A stretch of 41,760 nt of DNA from Candidatus Peribacteraceae bacterium (GTDB lineage Bacteria; Patescibacteriota; Gracilibacteria; Peribacterales; Peribacteraceae): the NCBI GenBank assembly GCA_041658365.1, contig JBBAAJ010000001.1, forward strand, positions 1-41,760, given 5' to 3'. The notes under the pieces were generated by a model. It did no database searches. It was not told the origin of the DNA and was given only the letters and a program-made list of their open reading frames with translations. The number at the start of each line of letters is the position of its first letter. Within the stretch, counting starts at the first letter, position 1. The position numbers and the translations under genes are program-made. Positions 14,446 through 23,029 of this stretch are shown one piece after another.

Positions 14446-16489
14446 CATTCGACAACTGCTTCTCCTTCGCTGCATAGAGGAGGACTGTCTCCACGAAGAT
14501 CGCATGGCTCCACGTGAGCGGCGAGACGGAGAGCGGGGCCCCCGTGAGAGGATTCATCTGCTCAGGGAGCATGCCGGCGACGGAAGCTCTCGCCGCCACC
14601 CACTGCAGATCCTCGAGGGGACGCTTCAGATCCCCGGGCGTCTTCGCCGTGGCGATGCGCCACTGCGTGAACCAGAGGGTGGTGATGATCCAGGGATTGC
14701 CGGGGATTTCCGGAGTCGGCGGAACCACAGACTGATAGTAATCACTCTGATACCGCGCCATCCCCCCGATCGGCGAGTGCACGGTGAGCGCGCGCTCGAG
14801 CCGCTGGATGGTGGAGACGACACGCGGATCGTCCGGCGGGAGAATATCGAACATCCAGAGGATGCCGATGGAGGCGTCGGGGGTGGAGTCCCGCTCGATG
14901 GTCGTGCCGTTCTCGCGCTTGATCTTCTTGAGGAAACACTTCGTCCCCTCGTCGTAGAGGTGGAAGAGCATCGCTTCGGTCATGCGGTCCGCGGCCTCGC
15001 CGTACTGGTCCGCATGGCGATAGTGTCCGAGCGCGGCGGAAATATTTCCTGCCGCACGAAGCCCCGCGGCGGTAGCCGCCGCCGTGTACGTGAAGACGCC
15101 CCGGTGCTCCTCCCAGAGATCGTAGCTCTGGAGCGGCAATCCGGTTTCCGGCTCGGTGTACTGGATGAGGAAGCTTGCGGCGCGCCGGACGAACTTCTGG
15201 TACATCGCATGGAGGAATTCGAAATCCTGTGTCCGACCGAAATGCCGCCAGAGCGCCAGGAGCGGGAGCGCCGTCTCGTCCCCCTGGATCGGGAGGACGG
15301 ACTGCCGGCTGCGGTACCACGGATGCCAGGAGGATCCGGCCGAACCATCGGGGTTGTACTTGTGCAGGAGGTAGCCGTCCTTCGTCTGCGCCTCCGCGCA
15401 GAAGCGAAGGAAGCGGCGCACGACTTCCGTCTGACCCGCACGCGTGAGCGCCATGCTGACGAACGCGCCGTCGCGCGGCCACACGTAGGTGTAGGTGTCG
15501 CGATTGAACTGCATGATGTCGCTGTCGTTCGCCGCAACGATGCCACCGTGGTTGTCTATTTGCGTGCGGATGGTGAGGAGGCTCCGGATGTAGAGATCCA
15601 TGACTTCCGGCGGGAGCTTCCCGCCAGGATCGACGTGCGATCCCGCCCAGCCCCGCCAGTAGTTGCGCGCCGCCTGCTTCACCTGATCCGGCGTCTCCTC
15701 GAGGAGGAAATGCTGGAGCGCATGGACATCGGAGATTTTTTTCCCCGCACACACCCACTGGTACACCCACGTGCCGCGATCAGGACGCACCAGGCAGTCG
15801 ATCTCGACCGTCGAGTCCACGGACCCCTGCTCGATGGGATAGCGGCTGAGCGCACCGTCCTCGGCGTCCCGCCACGTCCCTTCGAGGCCCTTGTAGTTCG
15901 ACTTGCCGATGGAGAACGACGTAATGCCGGTATGGTCGATGTGCGTCTCGTCCCTGCTCAGCGGATGGAACTCGTTGGGGATCTCGCTCGGGAGGCAGTT
16001 GATGGGATCGCTCGTCGTGCCGCCGACCAGGAAATACCGGTGCTGCCGGTAGTGGATGATGCTCTTCGTATGCGGCTCGAAGAACGCCGTGTCCTTCTGC
16101 TTGTCGCCATAGATGTAGAAATCGTGGTGGAAGAAGCACTGGACCTTCCGCTCCGCGCCATCGAGAGTACGGAGACGGAACGAACGCACGAGGATGTTCC
16201 TCGTGGGATCGACGAAATCCTCCGAGAGGATCTCCAGCCCCAGGCGGTCGCTCACGAGCTTCGACGCGGAGACGAGAGACGAGTCCGCGTACCCCGGCGT
16301 GATTTTCCAGGAACCGTCGGACGTCCACGAGAGCCCCTTCCCCTCGATGAAGAACCCCAGCCGATGGAACTTGCCGTAGGTCGTGTGGTCCTCCTGCCCG
16401 ACGTGCGGGTAGTAGAAATCCCTCAGCTGCAGGAATTCGTCAAAGGTGGCGAGGAGAGAGCCGTTACCGAGGACGAGACTTCGGGGCAT
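14387..16489 (-). CDS. Glycoside hydrolase family 15 (glucoamylase/glucodextranase-like)
   Basis: YVWPRDGAFVSMAL and the catalytic-acid region SYDLWEEHRGVFTYTAA are present. I set the start at ATG 16489 (MPRSLVLGNGSL). Confidence 0.92.
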   Translation of the reverse strand: MPRSLVLGNGSLLATFDEFLQLRDFYYPHVGQEDHTTYGKFHRLGFFIEGKGLSWTSDGSWKITPGYADSSLVSASKLVSDRLGLEILSEDFVDPTRNILVRSFRLRTLDGAERKVQCFFHHDFYIYGDKQKDTAFFEPHTKSIIHYRQHRYFLVGGTTSDPINCLPSEIPNEFHPLSRDETHIDHTGITSFSIGKSNYKGLEGTWRDAEDGALSRYPIEQGSVDSTVEIDCLVRPDRGTWVYQWVCAGKKISDVHALQHFLLEETPDQVKQAARNYWRGWAGSHVDPGGKLPPEVMDLYIRSLLTIRTQIDNHGGIVAANDSDIMQFNRDTYTYVWPRDGAFVSMALTRAGQTEVVRRFLRFCAEAQTKDGYLLHKYNPDGSAGSSWHPWYRSRQSVLPIQGDETALPLLALWRHFGRTQDFEFLHAMYQKFVRRAASFLIQYTEPETGLPLQSYDLWEEHRGVFTYTAAATAAGLRAAGNISAALGHYRHADQYGEAADRMTEAMLFHLYDEGTKCFLKKIKRENGTTIERDSTPDASIGILWMFDILPPDDPRVVSTIQRLERALTVHSPIGGMARYQSDYYQSVVPPTPEIPGNPWIITTLWFTQWRIATAKTPGDLKRPLEDLQWVAARASVAGMLPEQMNPLTGAPLSVSPLTWSHAIFVETVLLYAAKEKQLSNGNQESFDKAQDKSGIRNQK

Positions 16490-16545
16490 ATCCAGGTGTG
16501 AGGATTGAACGATTGAAGGGAGAGATATAAAATGTAAGTGACTGA

Positions 16546-17853
16546 TCATTTCTTCCGTCTTCCGTCTTCCGTCTTACATCTTGATGCCGGAGTGAAGCGT
16601 TCCAACACCAAACGCAGGTCTTCCAATGCATGACTAAACCTGCGATACGCCTCGTACGGCGAGTCGTAGGGACTGAAGTATTTGTGCACGTCCCCGTCAC
16701 TCCAGTACTTCGTAGAGAGGTAGTAGAAGTGATCGGATGTCTGGAGCTTGCGCCACGTATCGAGGAGTGCCGGATCTTCGGACTCCCGTACCGCATGCTC
16801 GAGGGCATAGAGTCCCGTGAGCGCCGCTTCCTGGAGATGATTGCTGCGCCAGGCGGAGAGGTCGCGCTCGATGTCCGCCCAGGAGACGATTGCATGCGCG
16901 TCGAACACGTCGCAGGGCTTGCGTCCGAAGCGCGTGATGACCTGCGACGGCGTGAGCAGCGCGATCCCGCGTTTCAGGAATTCCGCAGGGAGAGCCCGCA
17001 GGAACTCGAAGATCCCCGTGTCGGCCCACTGGTGCTCGCCGAACGTCTCGTAGTCCATGAACAAATTCACACTTTGGCCACCCGAAGAGCGGACCCACTC
17101 GGCGAACGTGTCAGCCGTGAGCGGATAGCCAGACCAGGTCTTGTTGCTGAAACGGAAGGCAATGTCGTCCGAGAGGCGATAGTTCTTGAGAAGCGTTCTG
17201 ATCGTCCGCGTCGTCGATGAATGGATCCGGTGGTGCGCAATCGTCTGCTGCCACTCGCGCGGCAGCTCAAAAGACGGCGGGTGATAGAGCACGTTCGGGC
17301 TCCGGCCGCTCAGGAGATGATCGGCTCCCTCCGCGAGAATCCCGCGGAAGCCGAGTAGCCTCGCCACTTCGGCGATCTCGTTGCTGTAGACCAGCTCCGT
17401 GTTGCGGAAGATGCGCGGCCGAACACCGAACAACTCTTCGATCATGTCGACATGCCGCTCCACCTGCTGGCAAAACTCCTCGCGCGAGAAGAGTGCGGAG
17501 AGCGAGTGGTAGTACGTCTCGGCCAAGAATTCGACCTTCCCCGTAGCCGCAAGCGCCTTGAACGATTCCAGCACGTCCGGCCCGAAGTCGTGGCACTGGT
17601 CGATGAATACTCCCGAGAGCGAGAACGCAACGCGGAAATCCGGGTACTGTTCGATGAGCTCGAGGAGCAGCTTGTTCGTCGGGAAGTAGCACTTCTCGGC
17701 GACTTTCCGGAAGATCGCGCGATTCTTCTCCTGATCGAAGTACTCGCCGGGTTTCATCTGGCCGATGTCGGTGATCCGAAGATCCTTCAGACGGTACGGT
17801 TGGTGAACCTGGAAGTAGAAGCAGACGGACGGAGATGTGTGTTTGTTCTGCAT
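16546..17853 (-). CDS. Glycoside hydrolase family 57 (AmyC-like alpha-glucan enzyme)
   Basis: GH57 regions are present: FQVHQPYRL, GKVEFLAETYYH, FRNTELVYS, MDYETFGEHQW and LQTSDHFYY. The start is ATG 17853 (MQNKHTSPSVCFYF). Confidence 0.9.
   Translation of the reverse strand: MQNKHTSPSVCFYFQVHQPYRLKDLRITDIGQMKPGEYFDQEKNRAIFRKVAEKCYFPTNKLLLELIEQYPDFRVAFSLSGVFIDQCHDFGPDVLESFKALAATGKVEFLAETYYHSLSALFSREEFCQQVERHVDMIEELFGVRPRIFRNTELVYSNEIAEVARLLGFRGILAEGADHLLSGRSPNVLYHPPSFELPREWQQTIAHHRIHSSTTRTIRTLLKNYRLSDDIAFRFSNKTWSGYPLTADTFAEWVRSSGGQSVNLFMDYETFGEHQWADTGIFEFLRALPAEFLKRGIALLTPSQVITRFGRKPCDVFDAHAIVSWADIERDLSAWRSNHLQEAALTGLYALEHAVRESEDPALLDTWRKLQTSDHFYYLSTKYWSDGDVHKYFSPYDSPYEAYRRFSHALEDLRLVLERFTPASRCKTEDGRRKK
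16551..16576. repeat. Tandem 7-mer CTTCCGT x3.5 inside the GH57 3' end
   Basis: The sequence reads tcttccgtcttccgtcttccgtctta. It encodes the tail KTEDGRRKK. Confidence 0.9.
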
Positions 17854-17858
17854 GATCC

Positions 17859-17899
17859 GGGGGGATGGGGTTAGGGTTGGGGTTGGGGTTGGGGTTAGG
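17859..17899. repeat. G-rich telomere-like repeat filling the GT-GH57 spacer
   Basis: The sequence reads ggggggatggggttagggttggggttggggttggggttagg. Confidence 0.9.
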
Positions 17900-19100
17900 A
17901 GTTCGATGACAAGCCTGAATAAATCGAGAGTATCTTCCCCGCCTGCCGATACCAGGTGTGGTTTAAGAGAATCCGCTTGCTCTGCGAACGCATCTCGGAC
18001 CGCAGCGGTTTCTCGCGGAGGACGGTGAGGATACAGTCGGCCATCTTGTCGGTGTCCCAGAAATCCACGAGCATCGCGTTGTGCACGACCTCGGCAACAC
18101 CGGATTGCCGGCTTAAGACCACCGGTGCGCCGTGCGTGATCGCTTCGAGTGCGACGAGGCCGAAGGGCTCGGAGACCGAAGGCATCACGAAACAATCGGC
18201 TCTCGAGTAGAGCTTCCTCGCCTCCTCGCTCGTGACGCGTCCGGCAAAGATCATGCAGTCGGAGAGCCCACGTTCGAACGTCTCCTGAATGAGCTGCGAA
18301 AGCAGGTGGCCTTCTCCCGCAACGACGAAACGCACGTCCGGCCGCAGCCGGTGCACGCTCTGCGCCGCGCGGATGAAGTACGTGACCCCCTTCTGCACCG
18401 TGAGACGGCCGAGGAAGAGCACGAGGGGATGCGCACCGCCGTCGTCATCCAGCCGCATCAGCGGCTCAGATGCGAATGTGCCGTTGTGAATCACCGTGAT
18501 CTTGTCAGCCGGGATCCCGTACTCGCGGATGAGGAGATTCTTCGTATACCCGCTCACGGAGATGATGTGGTCGGCCTTCATGAGCCCCTGGAGTTCGCGC
18601 TTCATGATCCACGCGTTCGGCCTAAACTCCGTCCGGTCGAGCTCGGTTGCGTGGACGTGTGCGACGAGGGGCATGCGGTGATGCCTCGACGCGCGCACGC
18701 CCGCTTCCAGCGTCATCCAGTCGTGCGTGTGGACGACGTCTGGACGGACAGCCTTCGTGAGCTCCGTTGCCACGGCCGTATAGCGCTCCACCTCTTCGCC
18801 GAGATTCTCGCCGTAGAGCTGGTCCACCGGTTCGCTCCCCTCGGTGACCCTCTGGGCATACGCTCTCCAGGAGTCGTACGGCCGGAGCTTCGTCGGCACG
18901 GGAATGATGATCTCGCCGCCGAGACTCCCCGGCGAGAGGATAGTCGCTCCTTCCTCCGAAGCCTCATCATGCGGCAGGACGAGCGTCACTTTCGCGCCGT
19001 GATGTAAAAGCCCCCGCACGATCCCCTGACAAGCCACGCCCAACCCTCCGCAGTGAACAGGCGGGTACTCCCAGCCGAACATGAGGGTATGGAGGGACAT
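17895..19100 (-). CDS. Glycogen/starch-synthase-like GT-B glycosyltransferase (GT4/GT5)
   Basis: N-terminus MFGWEYPPVHCGGLGVACQGIVRGL. The C-terminal motif is EPFGLVALEAITHGAPVVLSRQSGVAEVV. I set the start at ATG 19100. Confidence 0.88.
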   Translation of the reverse strand: MSLHTLMFGWEYPPVHCGGLGVACQGIVRGLLHHGAKVTLVLPHDEASEEGATILSPGSLGGEIIIPVPTKLRPYDSWRAYAQRVTEGSEPVDQLYGENLGEEVERYTAVATELTKAVRPDVVHTHDWMTLEAGVRASRHHRMPLVAHVHATELDRTEFRPNAWIMKRELQGLMKADHIISVSGYTKNLLIREYGIPADKITVIHNGTFASEPLMRLDDDGGAHPLVLFLGRLTVQKGVTYFIRAAQSVHRLRPDVRFVVAGEGHLLSQLIQETFERGLSDCMIFAGRVTSEEARKLYSRADCFVMPSVSEPFGLVALEAITHGAPVVLSRQSGVAEVVHNAMLVDFWDTDKMADCILTVLREKPLRSEMRSQSKRILLNHTWYRQAGKILSIYSGLSSNS

Positions 19101-19240
19101 GTCTGTTTGTTTCTCGCGCACGCGCGCGACCAATCTCAACATTTTAGCAGAAATGAGCGGTTTTTCATAGGCCAATATTCTTCGAAACAGAGGCGATGTT
19201 CTTCGGTTCCTCTCCTCATACCCCAAGAGCAGCCAAATAA

Positions 19241-19269
19241 TTGACACAACCTGTCATTTGACGTACAAG
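19241..19269 (+). promoter_or_regulatory. Sigma70-like promoter of the 1049-aa gene
   Basis: TTGACA (19241-19246), a 17-nt spacer, then TACAAG (19264-19269). ATG 19281 lies 11 nt downstream. Confidence 0.5.
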
Positions 19270-19280
19270 AATACTCTTCT

Positions 19281-22200
19281 ATGAAGGATTCTCCCATGCA
19301 AACTCCGGTGGATATTGTGGCCGCGCTCGGATCTCTCGAGAGCTTTTACGCTGTCCTGCGTGCGGAACAGAAAATCGGCAATCAGGATAACCCCGCACTG
19401 GCATCGCTTCTTCAGGCAACCGAAGCAATACACGGAAGAATTGCAGCCCTACAAACCCAGGCGATCGGCAAGCCGGTCACGCCCGAGAGAGCGACCGATG
19501 CGATTCTCGAAGCACAGGTGAGCACTGCGACCATGCAGGCGATACAGCTTCAATCAGCGGAAACTCATGAGCAACTCGCAGCACTCCTTTCTGGCGCCAT
19601 CGAGCGGGCACCGCACTATGACCGTGCGCAGCAGCTCAAATCACTGCAAGCAATCGGTGAGCTTGGAGACGGCTTCCAGCTCCAAGGTGACCGTTTCCTC
19701 ATGGATCTGACACAGAGGACCGATCGATTTCACCAGTCCCGAGGCGTCTCAGTTGATCGCGCGCAGGTCGCGGAGATCACCAACCGCGTGGATGAATGTC
19801 ACGGGCCGGAATCTGCAAACATGATCCCCGGTCTCATCATTCTCACCAACGGAAATATTGCGGCAATCGATCGGCTCACCCGTGAGTGGTGCCGGGAGGG
19901 CGAAGAGAAAGCAGACCCGATACATAATCCTTTCAGAATTTTGGCCAAGTTCATGGCGATTTTCAGCGATGTAAGCCAGGAAGTGATCACTCACAGTCTG
20001 CATTTCGGTTCGCATTCGCCGGAGTCGCGAACCAAAGACCGCTCGGTGCAATCGGCACAGATGCATGCCGGAGCCGTTCTGGAGCAAATCATCACCTCGA
20101 GAGAACTCACAATGATCGACGAACTGGATAAGGACGTCGTCACCAACCGACTGTTCGCGCTGCTCGCAGATTACTGCTCGCCGGTACCGGGGAAAGACAA
20201 GCGACATCCGTGGTTCTGGGCGGAAAAACTCGGAAAGAGCATCTATGACCCACAGCAGATCCATTCGCTACTGACGCCTGAAATCCCACGCGGAATGCTG
20301 GCGCAGATAATCACCGATCTCAACAACCTCGACGCGGTTCAACGCGGACTCGTCGATGTTCCGGTCGAAATCGGCAGACCTTCGCCGCAGGAAAATCCCG
20401 CAGTCACTCCTGAGCAGTATGCGAGGACGGAAGCACTCAAGAGAATCTCTGGTCGCATGTCGCTGGGCGAGATCCCGATTCCCCCCGAACTCGCGCTGCG
20501 TCTCTTCAATTTCCCCCTGCTTCAGGGCGGGCCGACTGACACATTAGAATATTTTGTCAGGTTGGTCGAGACTCTGCGTAAGAATCATATAGGGAAAAGC
20601 GAAAAGCGCACTCCGCTTGAGCACGCCATGCTATTTCGGACACTCGCAACCGTACTCCGTCGCGAGGACCGAGACGTGCCACTCGATCTGCCGCTCACAG
20701 CAACCAAGCATGCCGGAACCACACCCCGGGAACTCCTCATGCAGCTGTGCAATACCGTCTTCCCGCCCGATGTCGTCCGGGGGAAAGAGCCGGTGAACGA
20801 CCGTACCGCACCTGAGCAAATGTATCCGTTGCTCGATGCGGCGGAACCGATACATCACCGGTTTTTCGATTCTGCGGCAGCCGGATTTCCACGACAATAT
20901 TTTGTACGGGCAGCAATCCAACAGATTGATCTTCTGCGCGATCAATGGCCGGATCGATTTGCCATATTCAACCGAAAATTCGCTCATGCGTGTCATCATT
21001 ACTTCAGCGTACCCCATGTCGATCCGTTCACATGGTCACGTGAAAAAATGACACTCGAAGAGGCTCAAGAAGCAATATATGTCCCTTTTGTTTACCCATC
21101 AGCGACAACTGCATTTCGAGAGTACCTAGCGCAGCTCCAGCCATGTCCAGCACGCCGAAAGATCGTTATGACGGACCAAGAGTACATAAAACTTATCGGC
21201 CTCGAAGAAGGTGACACTACTAGACAGAAAGCAGGAGTTGCTGACGTGAAGACCGTGTCTCTCTGGAATGACCAGGCACACAGATTACGCGATAGAGAAG
21301 AATTCGCCACGGCTTTGGCGGACGCGATTGACGATGAAACAACACTTGTGATCATCAGTTCACTCACGCGTCTCGGTGATGTCCCATGCGGGAGCATCCA
21401 TGAATTGGGGGAAGCTCTGAAAATTCTTCGTGAGAAACGGGCAACCGAAAAACACATCCCCATCCTGATTGACGGCTCCCAAGCCCTTTTTCGGCAACGC
21501 GGCATCAACCAGTTCAACACGTTCCAGCCCGATGCCTGGCTCAGCAACGGCAACAAGCTCGCCGGAGCCGGGCTGTTCGGTTTCATCTCGCTTCGGTACG
21601 GTACGTTGACAGGAAAAAGCGACAGCCTCTCCCTCCACTACGATGTACCGATCGCTGTATTGGAGAATATGTGCACCCTGGAAAGAATACTGCAAAACTC
21701 CGTGCTAGCCGGTTGCAATCTACGGTGCTGGGGAAAAAGCAAACTGCCTCAAGGTGGCAGCCCAACAGTTGAAGATGAGATTCTCAATTCACTGCGCGAC
21801 ATGACGACATATGCCATCGCAAGAGCAAGCAACCATGGAGAACACGTCTGGGCAGTGCTCGCTAATCCAAAAAGGAGCGACCAAGAAACAATCCACCAGC
21901 AACTCACGTCCACCTGGCAAAGACTCCACGCACAGGACCAGCGTGGCAGCAAGAATATCGACACCATGCTCTCTAACATCGAGCAGCAGGTACAACGTGA
22001 ACATGGTACGGACTCGGCACGGCATCAACTCCAAACCCTGCGGCAGATGGCTGGCTCTGGATCGACAACACTGACCCCTGAGCAGGCCAAGGCATTCGGA
22101 AGTGCACTTTTCGGTATACATATCCGGCATCCGAGCCACAGAAATCCAGATGCGTATGGTGGCATCGTGACTGTGGATCTACCATTCATCGCCGGTAGAA

Positions 22201-22430
22201 CACTCGCGAATGAGCTTTCAAATTATTATGGTTTCATGGTTACAGCATGCGGGCCAAAGCAACATTGCATCCGCATCAGCCTCGATGATCGCCAAACACC
22301 CGAAGACATCGAAGGACTCTTTCAAGCAATCGAGACCTTGCAGATCCGGCATGCTTTGCACAAAGCAAGAAACGGAGAATCATGGAGAGCCATCTTTGAC
22401 ATCACCGCAGAGGACGAACCAATGGTGTAG
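19281..22430 (+). CDS. Large orphan protein: about 500-aa unknown N-terminal half plus a divergent class V aminotransferase-like (PLP fold type I) half
   Basis: The 1049-aa ORF is uninterrupted. The C-terminal half carries class V motifs in the canonical order: HHRFFDSAAAGFPRQ, TLVIISSLTRLGDV, IPILIDGSQA, DAWLSNGNKLAGAGLFGF (Lys in the SxHK position) and HCIRISLDDRQTPEDIEGL. It has visibly more A/T than the flanking genes. Confidence 0.8.
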   Translation: MKDSPMQTPVDIVAALGSLESFYAVLRAEQKIGNQDNPALASLLQATEAIHGRIAALQTQAIGKPVTPERATDAILEAQVSTATMQAIQLQSAETHEQLAALLSGAIERAPHYDRAQQLKSLQAIGELGDGFQLQGDRFLMDLTQRTDRFHQSRGVSVDRAQVAEITNRVDECHGPESANMIPGLIILTNGNIAAIDRLTREWCREGEEKADPIHNPFRILAKFMAIFSDVSQEVITHSLHFGSHSPESRTKDRSVQSAQMHAGAVLEQIITSRELTMIDELDKDVVTNRLFALLADYCSPVPGKDKRHPWFWAEKLGKSIYDPQQIHSLLTPEIPRGMLAQIITDLNNLDAVQRGLVDVPVEIGRPSPQENPAVTPEQYARTEALKRISGRMSLGEIPIPPELALRLFNFPLLQGGPTDTLEYFVRLVETLRKNHIGKSEKRTPLEHAMLFRTLATVLRREDRDVPLDLPLTATKHAGTTPRELLMQLCNTVFPPDVVRGKEPVNDRTAPEQMYPLLDAAEPIHHRFFDSAAAGFPRQYFVRAAIQQIDLLRDQWPDRFAIFNRKFAHACHHYFSVPHVDPFTWSREKMTLEEAQEAIYVPFVYPSATTAFREYLAQLQPCPARRKIVMTDQEYIKLIGLEEGDTTRQKAGVADVKTVSLWNDQAHRLRDREEFATALADAIDDETTLVIISSLTRLGDVPCGSIHELGEALKILREKRATEKHIPILIDGSQALFRQRGINQFNTFQPDAWLSNGNKLAGAGLFGFISLRYGTLTGKSDSLSLHYDVPIAVLENMCTLERILQNSVLAGCNLRCWGKSKLPQGGSPTVEDEILNSLRDMTTYAIARASNHGEHVWAVLANPKRSDQETIHQQLTSTWQRLHAQDQRGSKNIDTMLSNIEQQVQREHGTDSARHQLQTLRQMAGSGSTTLTPEQAKAFGSALFGIHIRHPSHRNPDAYGGIVTVDLPFIAGRTLANELSNYYGFMVTACGPKQHCIRISLDDRQTPEDIEGLFQAIETLQIRHALHKARNGESWRAIFDITAEDEPMV

Positions 22431-22475
22431 CTATTTTTTCCGCTGACTTTAAAACAGTGCGCGGAGCGCATCGTA

Positions 22476-22694
22476 TTGCCCAGGAGCCCCTTCCCCGAGT
22501 CGCCGTTCATCCAGAGCATCCGCTTCCCGGAGGCGGATGGAAGGAAGGTCGTCGAGTCCCTGCATGACGATGTGCTCTGGAGCTGGATCGGAGAGGAAGG
22601 ATCAGCGCGTGTTTCCTTCGGCCTCACGAATACCGAACGGGATGTCCGCTATGCCGCCTGGCGAATCGTGGAAGCGGGCAAGCGGGCAGGGTGA
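22476..22694 (+). pseudogene. C-terminal remnant of a class V aminotransferase / cysteine desulfurase-like gene
   Basis: It encodes ...ARVSFGLTNTERDVRYAAWRIVEAG, the typical end of this family. There is no N-terminal two-thirds. GC is at the host level. TTG is the only possible start. Confidence 0.55.
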
Positions 22695-22716
22695 AACATG
22701 AAATCCATCCGGAACT

Positions 22717-23010
22717 ATGGGCAAACTCCAGAAACTTTCGATCGGCTTCAGAACAACAGGTTACGGGCTCCATGCCAGGACATGCCTGGGCATTTCCAGA
22801 CTCGCACAGGAGATCGGGAAAACAACAAGTGTCGAGCTCATCACTGGCAACGGACAGTGCGTAAATGCGAAAAATCTTCTCGACATGCTTAAGTTGGGTT
22901 ACCCCGGAGAGAGGGACTTCAGTCTGGAAATCGAGGTCCCGGATGACCAGGTTCAGGAAACCGAACAAATGATCAGACAGAGAATGGAGGAGATTTTGAC
23001 AAGTTGCTGA
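22717..23010 (+). CDS. HPr-family phosphocarrier-like protein (His15 present, Ser46 replaced)
   Basis: GYGLHARTCLGISRLAQ aligns to the GLHxRPA His15 site. VNAKNLLDMLKLG aligns to SAKSxxxxxxLG with Asn in place of Ser46. Confidence 0.75.
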   Translation: MGKLQKLSIGFRTTGYGLHARTCLGISRLAQEIGKTTSVELITGNGQCVNAKNLLDMLKLGYPGERDFSLEIEVPDDQVQETEQMIRQRMEEILTSC

Positions 23011-23029
23011 CGGAAGCTCCAGGCATGCA

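Noticed and set aside
14438-16501. 687-aa plus-strand ORF
   Set aside because: It is antisense to the GH15 gene, which has clear family motifs. The product is Arg/Glu/Val-rich and featureless.
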